A stretch of 64,000 bases of DNA, taken from an uncultured virus (IMG/VR IMGVR_UViG_3300015608_001800) (Duplodnaviria; Heunggongvirae; Uroviricota; Caudoviricetes). The stretch is from IMG/VR virus record IMGVR_UViG_3300015608_001800. One strand, given 5' to 3'. The notes below the pieces were generated by a model, which ran no database searches, had not been told where the DNA came from, and worked only from the letters and a program-made list of their open reading frames with translations. Every line of letters begins with the position of its first letter. Within the stretch, counting starts at the first letter, position 1. Of the stretch, positions 8,039 to 17,635 are shown in pieces. A program made the position numbers and the translations under genes.

Positions 8039-8091
8039 TTTATTTTGTGTGGAATATATTTATATATACTATGTATCAATATTAATCAATT

Positions 8092-8715
8092 ATGACCAAA
8101 GAAGAAAGAAAAGAATATAATAAAAAATATAGAGAGAAAAATAAAGATTTAAAAAAACAATCTGATAGGGAGTATTATGAAAAAAATATTAATTCAATTA
8201 GGGAGTATCAGAAAAAATGGAGAGAGAATAATCAACAATACATTAAGGAGTATAAGAAAAAGTGGGGTAAAGAGAATTACTTAAAAAATAAAGAAAAAAG
8301 AAAAGAATATTATAAACTTTGGTATGAAAGAAATAAAGACAATAGTGAATATAAATCTAAAATTCAAAAAACCAATAAAAAATGTCGTTCTAAAAAACCA
8401 CATTTAACAGCATGGAGAAATGTGTTAAAAAATTCTTTAATAAGATTAAAAAATAATAAAATTGATACTACAGTTACTTTATTAAAATATTCCGCTCTTC
8501 AATTAAAACAAAGGGTTGAATGTCAATTTAAAGAAGGTATGTCATGGGAGAATTATGGTGAATGGCATATTGACCATAAAAAACCAATTTCTAGATTTAA
8601 CCCAAAAACACCAATACATATTGTAAATGCATTAAGTAATTTACAACCATTATGGGCTAAAGATAATTTAAGTAAGAAAAATAGTTTCAAAAGTGTATCA
8701 GATAATACTGACTGA
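8092..8715 (+). CDS. HNH homing endonuclease
   Basis: GMSWENYGEWHIDHKKP...NLQPLWAKDNLSK. Confidence 0.88.
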   Translation: MTKEERKEYNKKYREKNKDLKKQSDREYYEKNINSIREYQKKWRENNQQYIKEYKKKWGKENYLKNKEKRKEYYKLWYERNKDNSEYKSKIQKTNKKCRSKKPHLTAWRNVLKNSLIRLKNNKIDTTVTLLKYSALQLKQRVECQFKEGMSWENYGEWHIDHKKPISRFNPKTPIHIVNALSNLQPLWAKDNLSKKNSFKSVSDNTD

Positions 8716-9334
8716 AAATAGAAAAAAGGTCAAAGTTCTCCACGAATATAGTAGAGAATACGATGTTAATTATAGGTTTGAAAAACTAAAATCTCAAGAG
8801 GCATTCTTCCCTAAAACTAAAGTCTATAAGGATAAAAAACTTGTAGATGTTAATTACGAAATTCTTTTACTAAAAAAGAGAGAGGAGGGTGATCAAAATC
8901 GTATTGTTAAGAATGAATTAGGTAAATTCGTAGAGGAAACCATTAACGACCCTGATTGGGTTATTATGGATGTTGGTCCTTATCTCATTGAAGAGAATTT
9001 CAGTGTAAGTGGTGCTAACCGTAAATTAACAGCTAAAGAAATAATCGAATACATTGTAACATCTAAAGCTCAAAAGAAAAACCCAAAACAAATCTTAATG
9101 TTAAACAACAAGATAGTAATTGAGGGTTTAGAATTATATTTGGTGACTTGTAAAGATGTTGAAGAAACTATACGACTTTATAATAAAATAAGAGTGTATT
9201 GTTTTGATAAAGGTATTACTGACATTATATTCTTTGGTTCAATACCGAAAGAAAACCGTAAAACATGGTATAAAAAGATACATGAAAGAACTGGTATTGG
9301 TTATAACCGTCTTTATCGTTCTAATTCAAGGTAG
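8693..9334 (+). CDS. Hypothetical phage protein
   Basis: 213-aa ORF; GTG start overlapping HNH stop. Confidence 0.65.
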   Translation: MYQIILTENRKKVKVLHEYSREYDVNYRFEKLKSQEAFFPKTKVYKDKKLVDVNYEILLLKKREEGDQNRIVKNELGKFVEETINDPDWVIMDVGPYLIEENFSVSGANRKLTAKEIIEYIVTSKAQKKNPKQILMLNNKIVIEGLELYLVTCKDVEETIRLYNKIRVYCFDKGITDIIFFGSIPKENRKTWYKKIHERTGIGYNRLYRSNSR

Positions 9335-9515
9335 TTCCTTTAGCTATCACTCTTAAAATTACCTTATTAAACTGTTCTTTAGTTAGATTAGGTACACCAG
9401 TTTGAACCCAATTATCGGAAGCTATATTTGTTATCTCCCCCATAATTACATCAATATAGGGACTATTCTCTAATTTCTTTCTCATTAAACGTATGTAATC
9501 GATTAAATCGTCCAT
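9321..9515 (-). CDS. Hypothetical protein
   Basis: Coupled ORF in minus-strand operon. Confidence 0.55.
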   Translation of the reverse strand: MDDLIDYIRLMRKKLENSPYIDVIMGEITNIASDNWVQTGVPNLTKEQFNKVILRVIAKGTTLN

Positions 9516-9943
9516 TTGTCTAGGTTTGGTTTAATAAAACTAACATCAGTTTCTATTAAATAAACTTTATCACCATCTTCGATGATACCGTCTACATGGT
9601 TAAATATCTTCTCTAATATTCTAACTTTTTTACGAATTTCACGAACCTCTGAACGTTGACTCTTTGGTAGACTTAATAATAGTTTCCTAGATAAAATACT
9701 AAAAAAGACGACCCAATTTAAATGTAATGAATAATGATAAGCCCAAGGCTTATTAGAATCTTTTATTTTATCTTTAACCTCGTAAATGTTATTTAAAAGA
9801 ACCACTTCTTTATTGTAATCATAGAATTCTTCTACGTAATCCAATAAATCTTCTTTGGAGAGATGTTTTTCTCTTTTATATTCAGAAAATTTCTTATCTG
9901 AAAGTTCTATCACTCTATCTAATATTTCTTTGTCTAACTCCAT
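9503..9943 (-). CDS. Hypothetical protein
   Basis: 146-aa ORF in operon. Confidence 0.6.
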   Translation of the reverse strand: MELDKEILDRVIELSDKKFSEYKREKHLSKEDLLDYVEEFYDYNKEVVLLNNIYEVKDKIKDSNKPWAYHYSLHLNWVVFFSILSRKLLLSLPKSQRSEVREIRKKVRILEKIFNHVDGIIEDGDKVYLIETDVSFIKPNLDKWTI

Positions 9944-9967
9944 AGAAGAATATTAAGAAAAATAAAA

Positions 9968-10558
9968 TTAAGATTGAAGGATATTCTTTAGAAATGATTT
10001 ACGGTGCCACTTGGTAGTTCCGATTTCTTTTATCTTCTCTATGTGTTCAGCCGAACCATAACCTTTATTACCGTCCCATTTATAATCAGGATATGTTAAA
10101 TGAAGTTCTTTCATGAAATCATCCCTCATTACTTTAGCTACTATAGAAGCTGCAGCAATAGAATAATAGGTGTTATCACCCTTTATTACACAATCGTGTT
10201 TTATGTCTTTATAAGGAAGAAAATAGTTACCATCGACTAGAATGTGATTAAACTCACCATCTAGATTAGATAAACACTCATGCATACCCTTCATTGTTGC
10301 CTGAAGGATGTTTAAATCGTCTACTTCTTGTGGTGAGGTGAAAGTAACAGTCCATTTAATTGCCTTCTCCTTAATTAATTCAAAAGCTTCTTTTCTTTTT
10401 TTCTCGGACAGTTTTTTAGAATCTTTTACTATTGGTGATTCAAAGTCTTTAGGTAATATAACAGCGGCAGTAACAACAGGTCCAGCTAAACAACCACGAC
10501 CTACTTCATCTAATGCCGCAATCGGATTTTTCGATATTTCGATATCACTTTTTAACAT
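9968..10558 (-). CDS. rnhB: Ribonuclease HII
   Basis: DEVGRGCLAGPV, DSKKL, KGD..YYSIAAASIVAKV.RD, NKGYG; likely start MLKSD at 10558. Confidence 0.93.
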   Translation of the reverse strand: MLKSDIEISKNPIAALDEVGRGCLAGPVVTAAVILPKDFESPIVKDSKKLSEKKRKEAFELIKEKAIKWTVTFTSPQEVDDLNILQATMKGMHECLSNLDGEFNHILVDGNYFLPYKDIKHDCVIKGDNTYYSIAAASIVAKVMRDDFMKELHLTYPDYKWDGNKGYGSAEHIEKIKEIGTTKWHRKSFLKNILQS

Positions 10559-11240
10559 ATTCCCATTTATATCCATAAGCTGTTCTACCTTTACCATTAC
10601 AAACTCTAGTAATGGTTGATCTATCATATTTTAATTCATTTTCAATTTGGGAAAGTGATTCCCATTTTTTTACAAAATCACCATTTAAGGTTTTTTGTAT
10701 GACTTCTCTACGTTTTTTTTGAAGTAATCTAAATTTATCTTTAACTTCTTTTGTTGAATATTTTTCTTTTAAAGTTTTAGAAATTTTATCCCTAACCTCT
10801 TTATCTTTAGTTGGATGATTAGTTGAATTTCTTAGTGATAAATCAGGTCTTTTCTTCCCCTTCATAGGGTTGATAAAACCGTTTCTATAACTCTCTTTTT
10901 TAATTAAAGATAACTTATGTTTAATATACTCATTCATATTCGAAGCGTCACCACCATCAGTGGTATTGGTTAGATTAAAACCTAAGTCTTTAAAATATTT
11001 TATCCAAAATATTTCTCTATCCAATGCCTCAACTTCCGTATCTACCGATTCCAACTCTTCAATTATTGGTTTTATATTTTCCTTCAATAAAGATTTAATC
11101 CAATTAGATTTATGTGTAAATTCAACACCCCTATTAGATTTACTTATATGACCATTTAATCTAGTTTTTAAACTATTTTTAGTTATACCAACATACTTAA
11201 TAATGTTTTTATTATCTTTCAATACATATATTTTATACAT
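10545..11240 (-). CDS. GIY-YIG homing endonuclease with NUMOD1
   Basis: IYVLKD...YVGIT...RL..H, LTN.T.GGD, TAYGYKWEY. Confidence 0.88.
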   Translation of the reverse strand: MYKIYVLKDNKNIIKYVGITKNSLKTRLNGHISKSNRGVEFTHKSNWIKSLLKENIKPIIEELESVDTEVEALDREIFWIKYFKDLGFNLTNTTDGGDASNMNEYIKHKLSLIKKESYRNGFINPMKGKKRPDLSLRNSTNHPTKDKEVRDKISKTLKEKYSTKEVKDKFRLLQKKRREVIQKTLNGDFVKKWESLSQIENELKYDRSTITRVCNGKGRTAYGYKWEYVKK

Positions 11241-11279
11241 AATTAATTTTATATATAAATATAATTCACCACCCCAAAG

Positions 11280-11332
11280 TTCATCTAATTGATTTCGATA
11301 TTATCTTCATTTAGGTAAGGTTTTAAACTCAT
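11280..11332 (-). pseudogene. Relic original N-terminus of RNase HII (MSLKPYLNEDNIEI-LDE)
   Basis: ATGA-coupled to upstream gene; ends at catalytic DE with one frameshift. Confidence 0.65.
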
Positions 11333-11586
11333 TTTTTTAAAAATTTAAAGGTGATACCATACAACTCTAATTCAAACTCATCACTATATTGGTCTGTTAG
11401 AGGCATGTTTTTTTGTACTAATATTTCTTTCTGAATGGACTCGTGATTGTGTTTGTCCAATGTATAGGTAATAGAAGTTGGGATTGGGAAGTTGTTTTTC
11501 TTAACCTCTTCCATTTCTTTTAATGAGTATGCGAACTCAATAAACTCCTTTAGTTTTGTATTATTACGTAATATTATCTTACTCAT
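11329..11586 (-). CDS. Hypothetical protein
   Basis: Coupled ORF. Confidence 0.6.
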   Translation of the reverse strand: MSKIILRNNTKLKEFIEFAYSLKEMEEVKKNNFPIPTSITYTLDKHNHESIQKEILVQKNMPLTDQYSDEFELELYGITFKFLKK

Positions 11587-11771
11587 TTTGAAAACATTCT
11601 TTTAAATTTACCCCAAAATCCTAATTTCTTTTGTACTTTATTGGGTTCTTTTAGTATTTCTTCCCCCAAACCGTCGACAATTTCACGGATGAAGTTTTCT
11701 TTCTTGATTTCGGTCGCAACGGTGTCTTGTAACATTTTACGTTCTTCATCCTTAATTAAATTCCTACTCAT
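11583..11771 (-). CDS. Hypothetical protein
   Basis: Coupled ORF. Confidence 0.55.
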   Translation of the reverse strand: MSRNLIKDEERKMLQDTVATEIKKENFIREIVDGLGEEILKEPNKVQKKLGFWGKFKRMFSK

Positions 11772-12214
11772 TTCAATAATTTATTAAAACCTTTTTTTAA
11801 ACTCTCTCTCAAATTTAATAAAGGTTTAACCATATCTAAAGACTTTAAAAACCCAGGATGTAATGGTGAAGGTAAATTATCTACACTAAACCACCCATAT
11901 TTATCGTTTTCATCTGTTTTTAAATTAGGTACTTTAAATTCCCTATCAACAAATCCTACCATAACATAATGTGGATGTCCCATAGCGTGAGAAATTCCCA
12001 CTATCTTAATATCCTTAACCATGTCGGGATTGAGTCCTATTTCTTCCCCAATCTCTCTTTTAACTGTTTCAATTGGATCCTCACCATCTTCCATACCACC
12101 AGCTAAAGCTGACCAAGTACCTGACGGATAATTAACTCTATGTAACATTAAAATTTTATTAGTATCCCTTGCTACGATTAGTATACCTACTGACTGATAT
12201 TTTTTCTTTTCCAT
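11768..12214 (-). CDS. Nudix hydrolase
   Basis: Nudix box GGMEDGEDPIETVKREIGEEIG. Confidence 0.9.
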   Translation of the reverse strand: MEKKKYQSVGILIVARDTNKILMLHRVNYPSGTWSALAGGMEDGEDPIETVKREIGEEIGLNPDMVKDIKIVGISHAMGHPHYVMVGFVDREFKVPNLKTDENDKYGWFSVDNLPSPLHPGFLKSLDMVKPLLNLRESLKKGFNKLLK

Positions 12215-12261
12215 ACCTATATAAATATCAATAAAAACCCCCTAGCTGGGGGTCTTAAAAA

Positions 12262-12618
12262 TTATTTCTCCACATTAAAATGTCTTTCCATTGATTCTTG
12301 GAAGGAGTGTATTAACCAAACAGCCCCTGATGTTAAACATCCATCTAAAAAGGTGGCTATAAATTCTTTTGATATGTTAAACAACCCAAAGAAACTTACA
12401 TCATGGGTCACTACCTGATATTCAAGTGTTGGTGACCATACTAATGCTGAACCTAAGAAACCAACCCAAGTTGGTAAACAAATCATACAGGTAAATAACA
12501 TACCTAAAAAGTTAGGGTTAACTCTTTCACAGAAAGAACGAAAACCTTTGAATATTGAACCAAAAACTATGATGTTACTAACACCATAAGCAATGAGAAG
12601 AAATAATGCTAATTTCAT
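12262..12618 (-). CDS. Membrane protein (DUF1360-like, CxxC)
   Basis: Hydrophobic helices, LFTCMICLPTWVG. Confidence 0.55.
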   Translation of the reverse strand: MKLALFLLIAYGVSNIIVFGSIFKGFRSFCERVNPNFLGMLFTCMICLPTWVGFLGSALVWSPTLEYQVVTHDVSFFGLFNISKEFIATFLDGCLTSGAVWLIHSFQESMERHFNVEK

Positions 12619-12666
12619 AATGACAATTAAATTTAAAATATTTATATTTGTAACAATACTAATAAT

Positions 12667-13203
12667 ATGACAAAAAGAAAGATTTCCGTTTTTGATTTTG
12701 ATGGTACTCTTTTGGATACCCCAATCGGATCACCAGAAAATAAAGAAACATGGGCAAAAAAATACGGTAAACCATGGCCATATCTTGGTTGGTGGGGTAG
12801 GGATGAATCCTTAGATACAACTGTTTGGGATATGAAACCTATCGATGAGGTTTATAAAGCTTGGGTTAAAGAGTCAGAAAATCCTGAGACTGTAACTGTA
12901 TTACTAACAGGTCGTTTAATTAAACAAAGTCATTTGGTTAAAGGTATTACAGACTCAATTGGGTACCGTTTTGACCATTATTTGTTCAACACTAAGGGTG
13001 GAACATTACAAAATAAGATTAACCATCTAAACCATTTATTATCACAATATCCTGATGTTCGTGAAGTTGAATTATGGGATGATCGCATAGAGCATGCTGA
13101 TAGTTTTAAAAAATGGGGTGAGACGTTAAAAGAAAATAAACGTATAGATAAATTTTATCTTAACGAAATAAAATCTGATCAGTGGGAAAATTTTATTGAA
13201 TGA
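12667..13203 (+). CDS. HAD-family phosphatase (Swiss-Army-Knife RNA-repair-like)
   Basis: FDFDGTL, LLTGR, WDDR motifs. Confidence 0.75.
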   Translation: MTKRKISVFDFDGTLLDTPIGSPENKETWAKKYGKPWPYLGWWGRDESLDTTVWDMKPIDEVYKAWVKESENPETVTVLLTGRLIKQSHLVKGITDSIGYRFDHYLFNTKGGTLQNKINHLNHLLSQYPDVREVELWDDRIEHADSFKKWGETLKENKRIDKFYLNEIKSDQWENFIE

Positions 13204-13297
13204 GGTCTTTTTTAACCCATCTGTTTATATAACTACATAGTGGTCTGAGGTTTGTGTAGTGGTTTAATTTTAATACATCCTCTTCATTTTTGGCTGA
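13193..13297 (-). pseudogene. HNH endonuclease C-terminal relic
   Basis: Translates SAKNEEDVLKLNHYTNLRPLCSYINRWVKKD. Confidence 0.7.
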
Positions 13298-13316
13298 ACG
13301 TATGTTGGAATTGGGT

Positions 13317-13379
13317 CGAATAGATTCTTTCTATCTCAACAAGATTAAATCTGACCAATGGGATAAGTTTGTAGAATAA
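13317..13379 (+). pseudogene. Relic original C-terminus of HAD gene
   Basis: RIDSFYLNKIKSDQWDKFVE* versus current RIDKFYLNEIKSDQWENFIE*. Confidence 0.85.
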
Positions 13380-13380
13380 A

Positions 13381-13409
13381 AAAAACCCTCAATTACTGAG
13401 GGTTTTTTT
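13381..13409. terminator. Bidirectional intrinsic terminator
   Basis: AAAAACCCTCA/TGAGGGTTTTT between convergent genes. Confidence 0.8.
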
Positions 13410-13740
13410 CTGCTATGATATCTAATATCTTTTTATCTTTTAAAGTCTCGTAGAAACTCTTACTTTCGATAGATTTAATTTCAAAAGATTCTAAAACTTT
13501 TCTATCTGTTAAAACAGTGAACCAATTATCAATTTTGGCCATGGCTTGTTGTTCGTTTAACCCTGATACTTCTTTAATACCCGTCACTTCAACATCCACA
13601 TCAAATTCACTATGAAGATTTTCTTTGTAGTTTTCAGCAAGTTTAAAATCATATCTTACTGTATAAAAGGTTAAATCATTTAATGATTCTACCCTATTTT
13701 TGAGATTTACTGTCTCATTGAACTTTTTCGGTACTGACAT
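13393..13740 (-). CDS. Hypothetical protein
   Basis: ORF in operon. Confidence 0.6.
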   Translation of the reverse strand: MSVPKKFNETVNLKNRVESLNDLTFYTVRYDFKLAENYKENLHSEFDVDVEVTGIKEVSGLNEQQAMAKIDNWFTVLTDRKVLESFEIKSIESKSFYETLKDKKILDIIAEKNPQ

Positions 13741-14182
13741 TGTTACTGGGCTTTTCTCCTTCCTTAACCATCTGTGTTACAGGTGGTTGTGGTTTATTTT
13801 TTGGATTAAGTGTTACATCAAGGTCAGAACTAAATTTTAATCCTTTCAACTCTTCAAGTGACTTATCTTCAAACATTCTCTTCAATTCTTCAACTTTATG
13901 TCTAAGAAGAGCTTGTTTTTGTTCAATTTCGATGTTGGTATTAACAACATGTTCTAGTGTATCTATTAACACATCGATTGAATCTTCGGACCAAAACATG
14001 TGTCCAACGTATCCTTTAAAATCTTCTGATTCTTTACCAGACGATTTGTATTGGATACCCTCACCAATCATACCGTCAATTTTCCATGTATTCTTTAAAA
14101 TACATTCAACAATTGAGTATTGACCGGCTAATTTTACACCCCTTAAATAAGGTTGTAATTCATTAAAACGTTCTTGTATCAT
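13715..14182 (-). CDS. Hypothetical protein
   Basis: ORF in operon. Confidence 0.65.
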   Translation of the reverse strand: MIQERFNELQPYLRGVKLAGQYSIVECILKNTWKIDGMIGEGIQYKSSGKESEDFKGYVGHMFWSEDSIDVLIDTLEHVVNTNIEIEQKQALLRHKVEELKRMFEDKSLEELKGLKFSSDLDVTLNPKNKPQPPVTQMVKEGEKPSNNVSTEKVQ

Positions 14183-14183
14183 A

Positions 14184-14390
14184 TTAAAATTTATGTGATT
14201 CTAATTTTTGATTAGCCATTGTTAAAGGGGTGTATGGTTCTAATACTGTCGTTAAGGATACTTTTTTAGTTCCCTCACCTTCAACTTCTAGTAAATAATA
14301 CCCCTCTCCTTTACAACGACATTTTGGTCTAACCTCATTAATTACTGTGGCTACTTGACCTTCGTATAAAACTTTATCTCCTATTTTCAT
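14184..14390 (-). CDS. Small hypothetical protein
   Basis: Coupled ORF; ends QKLESHKF. Confidence 0.55.
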   Translation of the reverse strand: MKIGDKVLYEGQVATVINEVRPKCRCKGEGYYLLEVEGEGTKKVSLTTVLEPYTPLTMANQKLESHKF

Positions 14391-14593
14391 AGTTTAATCC
14401 CTGTAAAAATTGTACTTGATAGATAAGCCAATGATAGACCTAAAAGTACAAGCTCTGTTTTAGAGAGCTCATACTTATTAGGTAATTCATCGTTTCTTAA
14501 AATCATAAAGATTTTCCAACCGTGTCTTAATATATTGAATATAGACAGGAAAAAAATTACGAATAATCCTTTATTTAAGAGTGACTCAATCAT
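14387..14593 (-). CDS. Small two-helix membrane protein
   Basis: Two hydrophobic segments. Confidence 0.55.
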   Translation of the reverse strand: MIESLLNKGLFVIFFLSIFNILRHGWKIFMILRNDELPNKYELSKTELVLLGLSLAYLSSTIFTGIKL

Positions 14594-14595
14594 TA

Positions 14596-14784
14596 TTAAG
14601 CAGTCTTTTCTTTCTTAGCATCACTGATTTCAGTTCTGATATCCTTTGAAAGGTTTCTAATTTCTTGTAAAGCTTTTCTTGCACGAGTACCAGCAGCTTT
14701 ATTACCTTTTTCGCTGAACTTAATGTAATCAGCTTCAAATTCTGAAACTAATGCTTTTAATGTGTCTAAACTGTTTGTTTTCAT
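14596..14784 (-). CDS. Histone H1-like (Hc1-family) nucleoid protein
   Basis: KGNKAAGTRARKALQEI...R motif. Confidence 0.8.
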   Translation of the reverse strand: MKTNSLDTLKALVSEFEADYIKFSEKGNKAAGTRARKALQEIRNLSKDIRTEISDAKKEKTA

Positions 14785-14799
14785 TTTGTTTTATTTTGT

Positions 14800-15045
14800 T
14801 TATTTATTATCTCCCTCATTGGGGTTATTTTCTTGTTGTGGCATTACTTGACTAACTATACTTTCCCACATTTGAATAGTATGTAGAATATTGCTTAAAT
14901 CGGAAGTTGTTTTTTGAATTCTTTCGGTTAATTGTTCAACTGAGAGACTGTAATGAGAATTGATTAGTCTTTCTAATTCAATTTCGACCTCATTTTTTCT
15001 TGTAATTAACTTGTTTGATACTAAGTCTAAAACTCTCTTATCCAT
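14800..15045 (-). CDS. Hypothetical protein
   Basis: 81-aa ORF. Confidence 0.55.
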   Translation of the reverse strand: MDKRVLDLVSNKLITRKNEVEIELERLINSHYSLSVEQLTERIQKTTSDLSNILHTIQMWESIVSQVMPQQENNPNEGDNK

Positions 15046-15096
15046 AAAAACATTATTTGATTAAAAAACTAAGGGTTTAAGTGTAAAAACTAAAGA

Positions 15097-15567
15097 CTAA
15101 TTGAGTAGAGATTTATCAAAAAGCTTATATAAATCAATAAATGCCTCTAATTCTGACTGTGTTTTAGAGGTTGAGTACTTGAATATGTCCTCCCAAAACT
15201 CTAATAGTTTGTTAACATTACTATCTGACTTATCTGATTCACCGTAAAACGATTCTATAAAAAGAGTAAGAAAATAGTTATAGAGTTCAGTACTATCAAA
15301 ATAGATATGTTCTTTCTTGAAAGCTCTGATAGTTTGATTCCAACACCAATCAAAATGTTCTTTAATTGATTTAGCATCCATAACATCATCACCTAAATAA
15401 GTTGTTGTTACGGTCTCGAATAAAGAATGTGTGAAGTCTAGATAAAGACTGCTACGTTCTGGAATGATGTTATTAATTCTATACATCAATAATATATCGT
15501 CCTTTTCCATTGGTTTTGAGATATACTCTATAAAGTCTATTGTTTGTATTTTACCCTTCATGCCCAT
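15097..15567 (-). CDS. Hypothetical phage protein
   Basis: ORF; start placed at MGMKGK, downstream of amidase stop. Confidence 0.6.
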   Translation of the reverse strand: MGMKGKIQTIDFIEYISKPMEKDDILLMYRINNIIPERSSLYLDFTHSLFETVTTTYLGDDVMDAKSIKEHFDWCWNQTIRAFKKEHIYFDSTELYNYFLTLFIESFYGESDKSDSNVNKLLEFWEDIFKYSTSKTQSELEAFIDLYKLFDKSLLN

Positions 15568-15590
15568 AATATAAAACATTAATACATAAA

Positions 15591-16421
15591 TTAAAGGGAA
15601 ATTAACATTTCGATTAATTGAGGTTGTGGATGACAATCACTCTTATCTCCTCTGAAGTTAACATGAGTCCATAAACCAGGTTTACCTGTTAAAGCTGCCG
15701 AATTAAGACCAAAAAATACTTGGAATCCTTCCGTTTTGAATCTAGTCATTATATCGATAGCTGCTTGTGTTTTAGGACCTAAATCGCCATCTTCCGATAG
15801 AACTGCCCCATTACTTGAAACACCGTATTTATTTAACCATTTTTGTTTTTCTAGAACAGTACCGTTAGTTGGGAATTGGTTAGCATCTTTAAGTAAAGCG
15901 GGTAAACCTAATCTATAATCAATACCAAATTTAGTACCCATTTCTTTAATCCATTCCTTTGTTACGTTAATTTGTGCGTCAGTATATTTGTGGAATGATT
16001 TATAACTTTTCCATGGATTTGCTAATGTGAACACATCTGAGGTTGGTACTTTTGAGTTTACGTAGTTATAATAATTACCATCTTTACCCATTTTCACATA
16101 ACCGTAATTACAAATTTCGATTGCTACAGCTTGTTGATTTAAAGTTGTATTATTATACGTCTCACACCCTAAATGATGAATCCAATATTTTGGGTCTAAA
16201 GCCTCATATAATTTACCATCAAAAGAAGTATCACCATTAGTAATACTTTTACCACCTAACACATATTGTGTACCTACAGCACCTCTAGTATCATTATCCC
16301 AAGCAGTTATAGTCCAATCAGGTCTATGACCACCTGCAGTATGGTGAAGGATTATAGTCTTTTTTGTTGTTTCTACCTTCTTATATTCGTTATCAGGTAA
16401 ATGTTGTTTAATAATTTCCAT
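15591..16421 (-). CDS. N-acetylmuramoyl-L-alanine amidase (Amidase_2) with peptidoglycan-binding insert
   Basis: ILHHTAG, AIEICN, WTH.N.R.DKSDCHP, DGDLGPKT. Confidence 0.85.
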   Translation of the reverse strand: MEIIKQHLPDNEYKKVETTKKTIILHHTAGGHRPDWTITAWDNDTRGAVGTQYVLGGKSITNGDTSFDGKLYEALDPKYWIHHLGCETYNNTTLNQQAVAIEICNYGYVKMGKDGNYYNYVNSKVPTSDVFTLANPWKSYKSFHKYTDAQINVTKEWIKEMGTKFGIDYRLGLPALLKDANQFPTNGTVLEKQKWLNKYGVSSNGAVLSEDGDLGPKTQAAIDIMTRFKTEGFQVFFGLNSAALTGKPGLWTHVNFRGDKSDCHPQPQLIEMLISL

Positions 16422-16498
16422 TTAAATTAATTTAAAACTTATTATTTATTAATAAATATTAGTAAGCATTAAAAAACCCCTCTATTGAGGGGTTATTT

Positions 16499-17599
16499 TT
16501 AATCTTCGTCTTCTTCAGACTCTTCTTTCTTTTTTCCTCTTAAGAGTTTGAAATCTTCAGAGTCTAGTTTATTATTTTTGTTCTTGTCAAGTTTTTTCTG
16601 ACCACCCTTCAATCCTTCTTCAATTTCTTCTTCCTCTTCAGTCTCAACTTCTTCAACTTCTTCTTTCATAAGTTTTAACATTCTCTTGAAAGCGTCTTCA
16701 CCTGACTCAGTGATGTTTTTCTTTGTTGAGATAGAATCACTTGATTTGAAACCCCAAAGGTGTTTCATCTTTTGGATATCTTCACTTACCAATTGGTTGT
16801 TTTTGAAGTTAGTGATAACTGCTTCACCATCTTTAGAATCACCTTCCCAAATCAATCTATATGTGTTTTCACCATCTGTGATTGCGAAAGTTGTTTCATC
16901 AATTTTAACTCTTGATGGAACTTTATTAGCAAGTTTTAAAACTTGTTCTTCTGATACTAATTTTCCGTTTGCTTTGAAGATGTTCTTTGCGTCTACACCT
17001 TTATATTCATTTTCAGCCATTGGTTGAGGAGATTTTTGTGACTTTACAGGTCTTGTGTTATTAGCTTCTTTTTTATATTTTAAATCATTTGTCTTTTTAG
17101 CATTTTTCATCATTTTTTCTGCTGTAGGATCATCTGATTTAATTCTTTCTTTATATTTTTTAGTTACTGATTCTGGACCATTTTGAGATGCTAAATCAGC
17201 TGTAACTTCCATTCCACTAATACCTACATCATATCCAGTAGTTTCGATTCTTTCATCTTCATTACTACCGTTTGTTGGTACTTTAGGTGCGTCAAATTTT
17301 TCTTTATCGTTAGGTGTTTGGTAATCCTTAATCTTTTTAGCAACTTCTTTGTAGTATGCTTTAGCATCAATACCGTCTTGTTTATTTGCTTTATTAACTT
17401 CCTTCATACCGTTAGTAACAGGGTTTTTAAAGCTTCCACCTTCAGATGTTTTCAATTGACCCATAGGACCAAATTGGTCTTTTTCAGCACCAGAAAGATC
17501 ACTTTTCTTCTTTGTTCCAAAAGCCACTTCCATGTCTTCGAAATTTTCGAACAATCTTTCTAAGTTTTCTTTTAATATTTTCTTTAAATCTTTTGACAT
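16499..17599 (-). CDS. Putative head-associated protein with acidic/EF-hand-like tail
   Basis: KILKE start; KKLDKNKNNKLDSEDFKLLR C-terminus; ATATTTAT upstream. Confidence 0.55.
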   Translation of the reverse strand: MSKDLKKILKENLERLFENFEDMEVAFGTKKKSDLSGAEKDQFGPMGQLKTSEGGSFKNPVTNGMKEVNKANKQDGIDAKAYYKEVAKKIKDYQTPNDKEKFDAPKVPTNGSNEDERIETTGYDVGISGMEVTADLASQNGPESVTKKYKERIKSDDPTAEKMMKNAKKTNDLKYKKEANNTRPVKSQKSPQPMAENEYKGVDAKNIFKANGKLVSEEQVLKLANKVPSRVKIDETTFAITDGENTYRLIWEGDSKDGEAVITNFKNNQLVSEDIQKMKHLWGFKSSDSISTKKNITESGEDAFKRMLKLMKEEVEEVETEEEEEIEEGLKGGQKKLDKNKNNKLDSEDFKLLRGKKKEESEEDED

Positions 17600-17635
17600 C
17601 TTTAATGTTTTATAATAAATATCTACTAGTTGATA

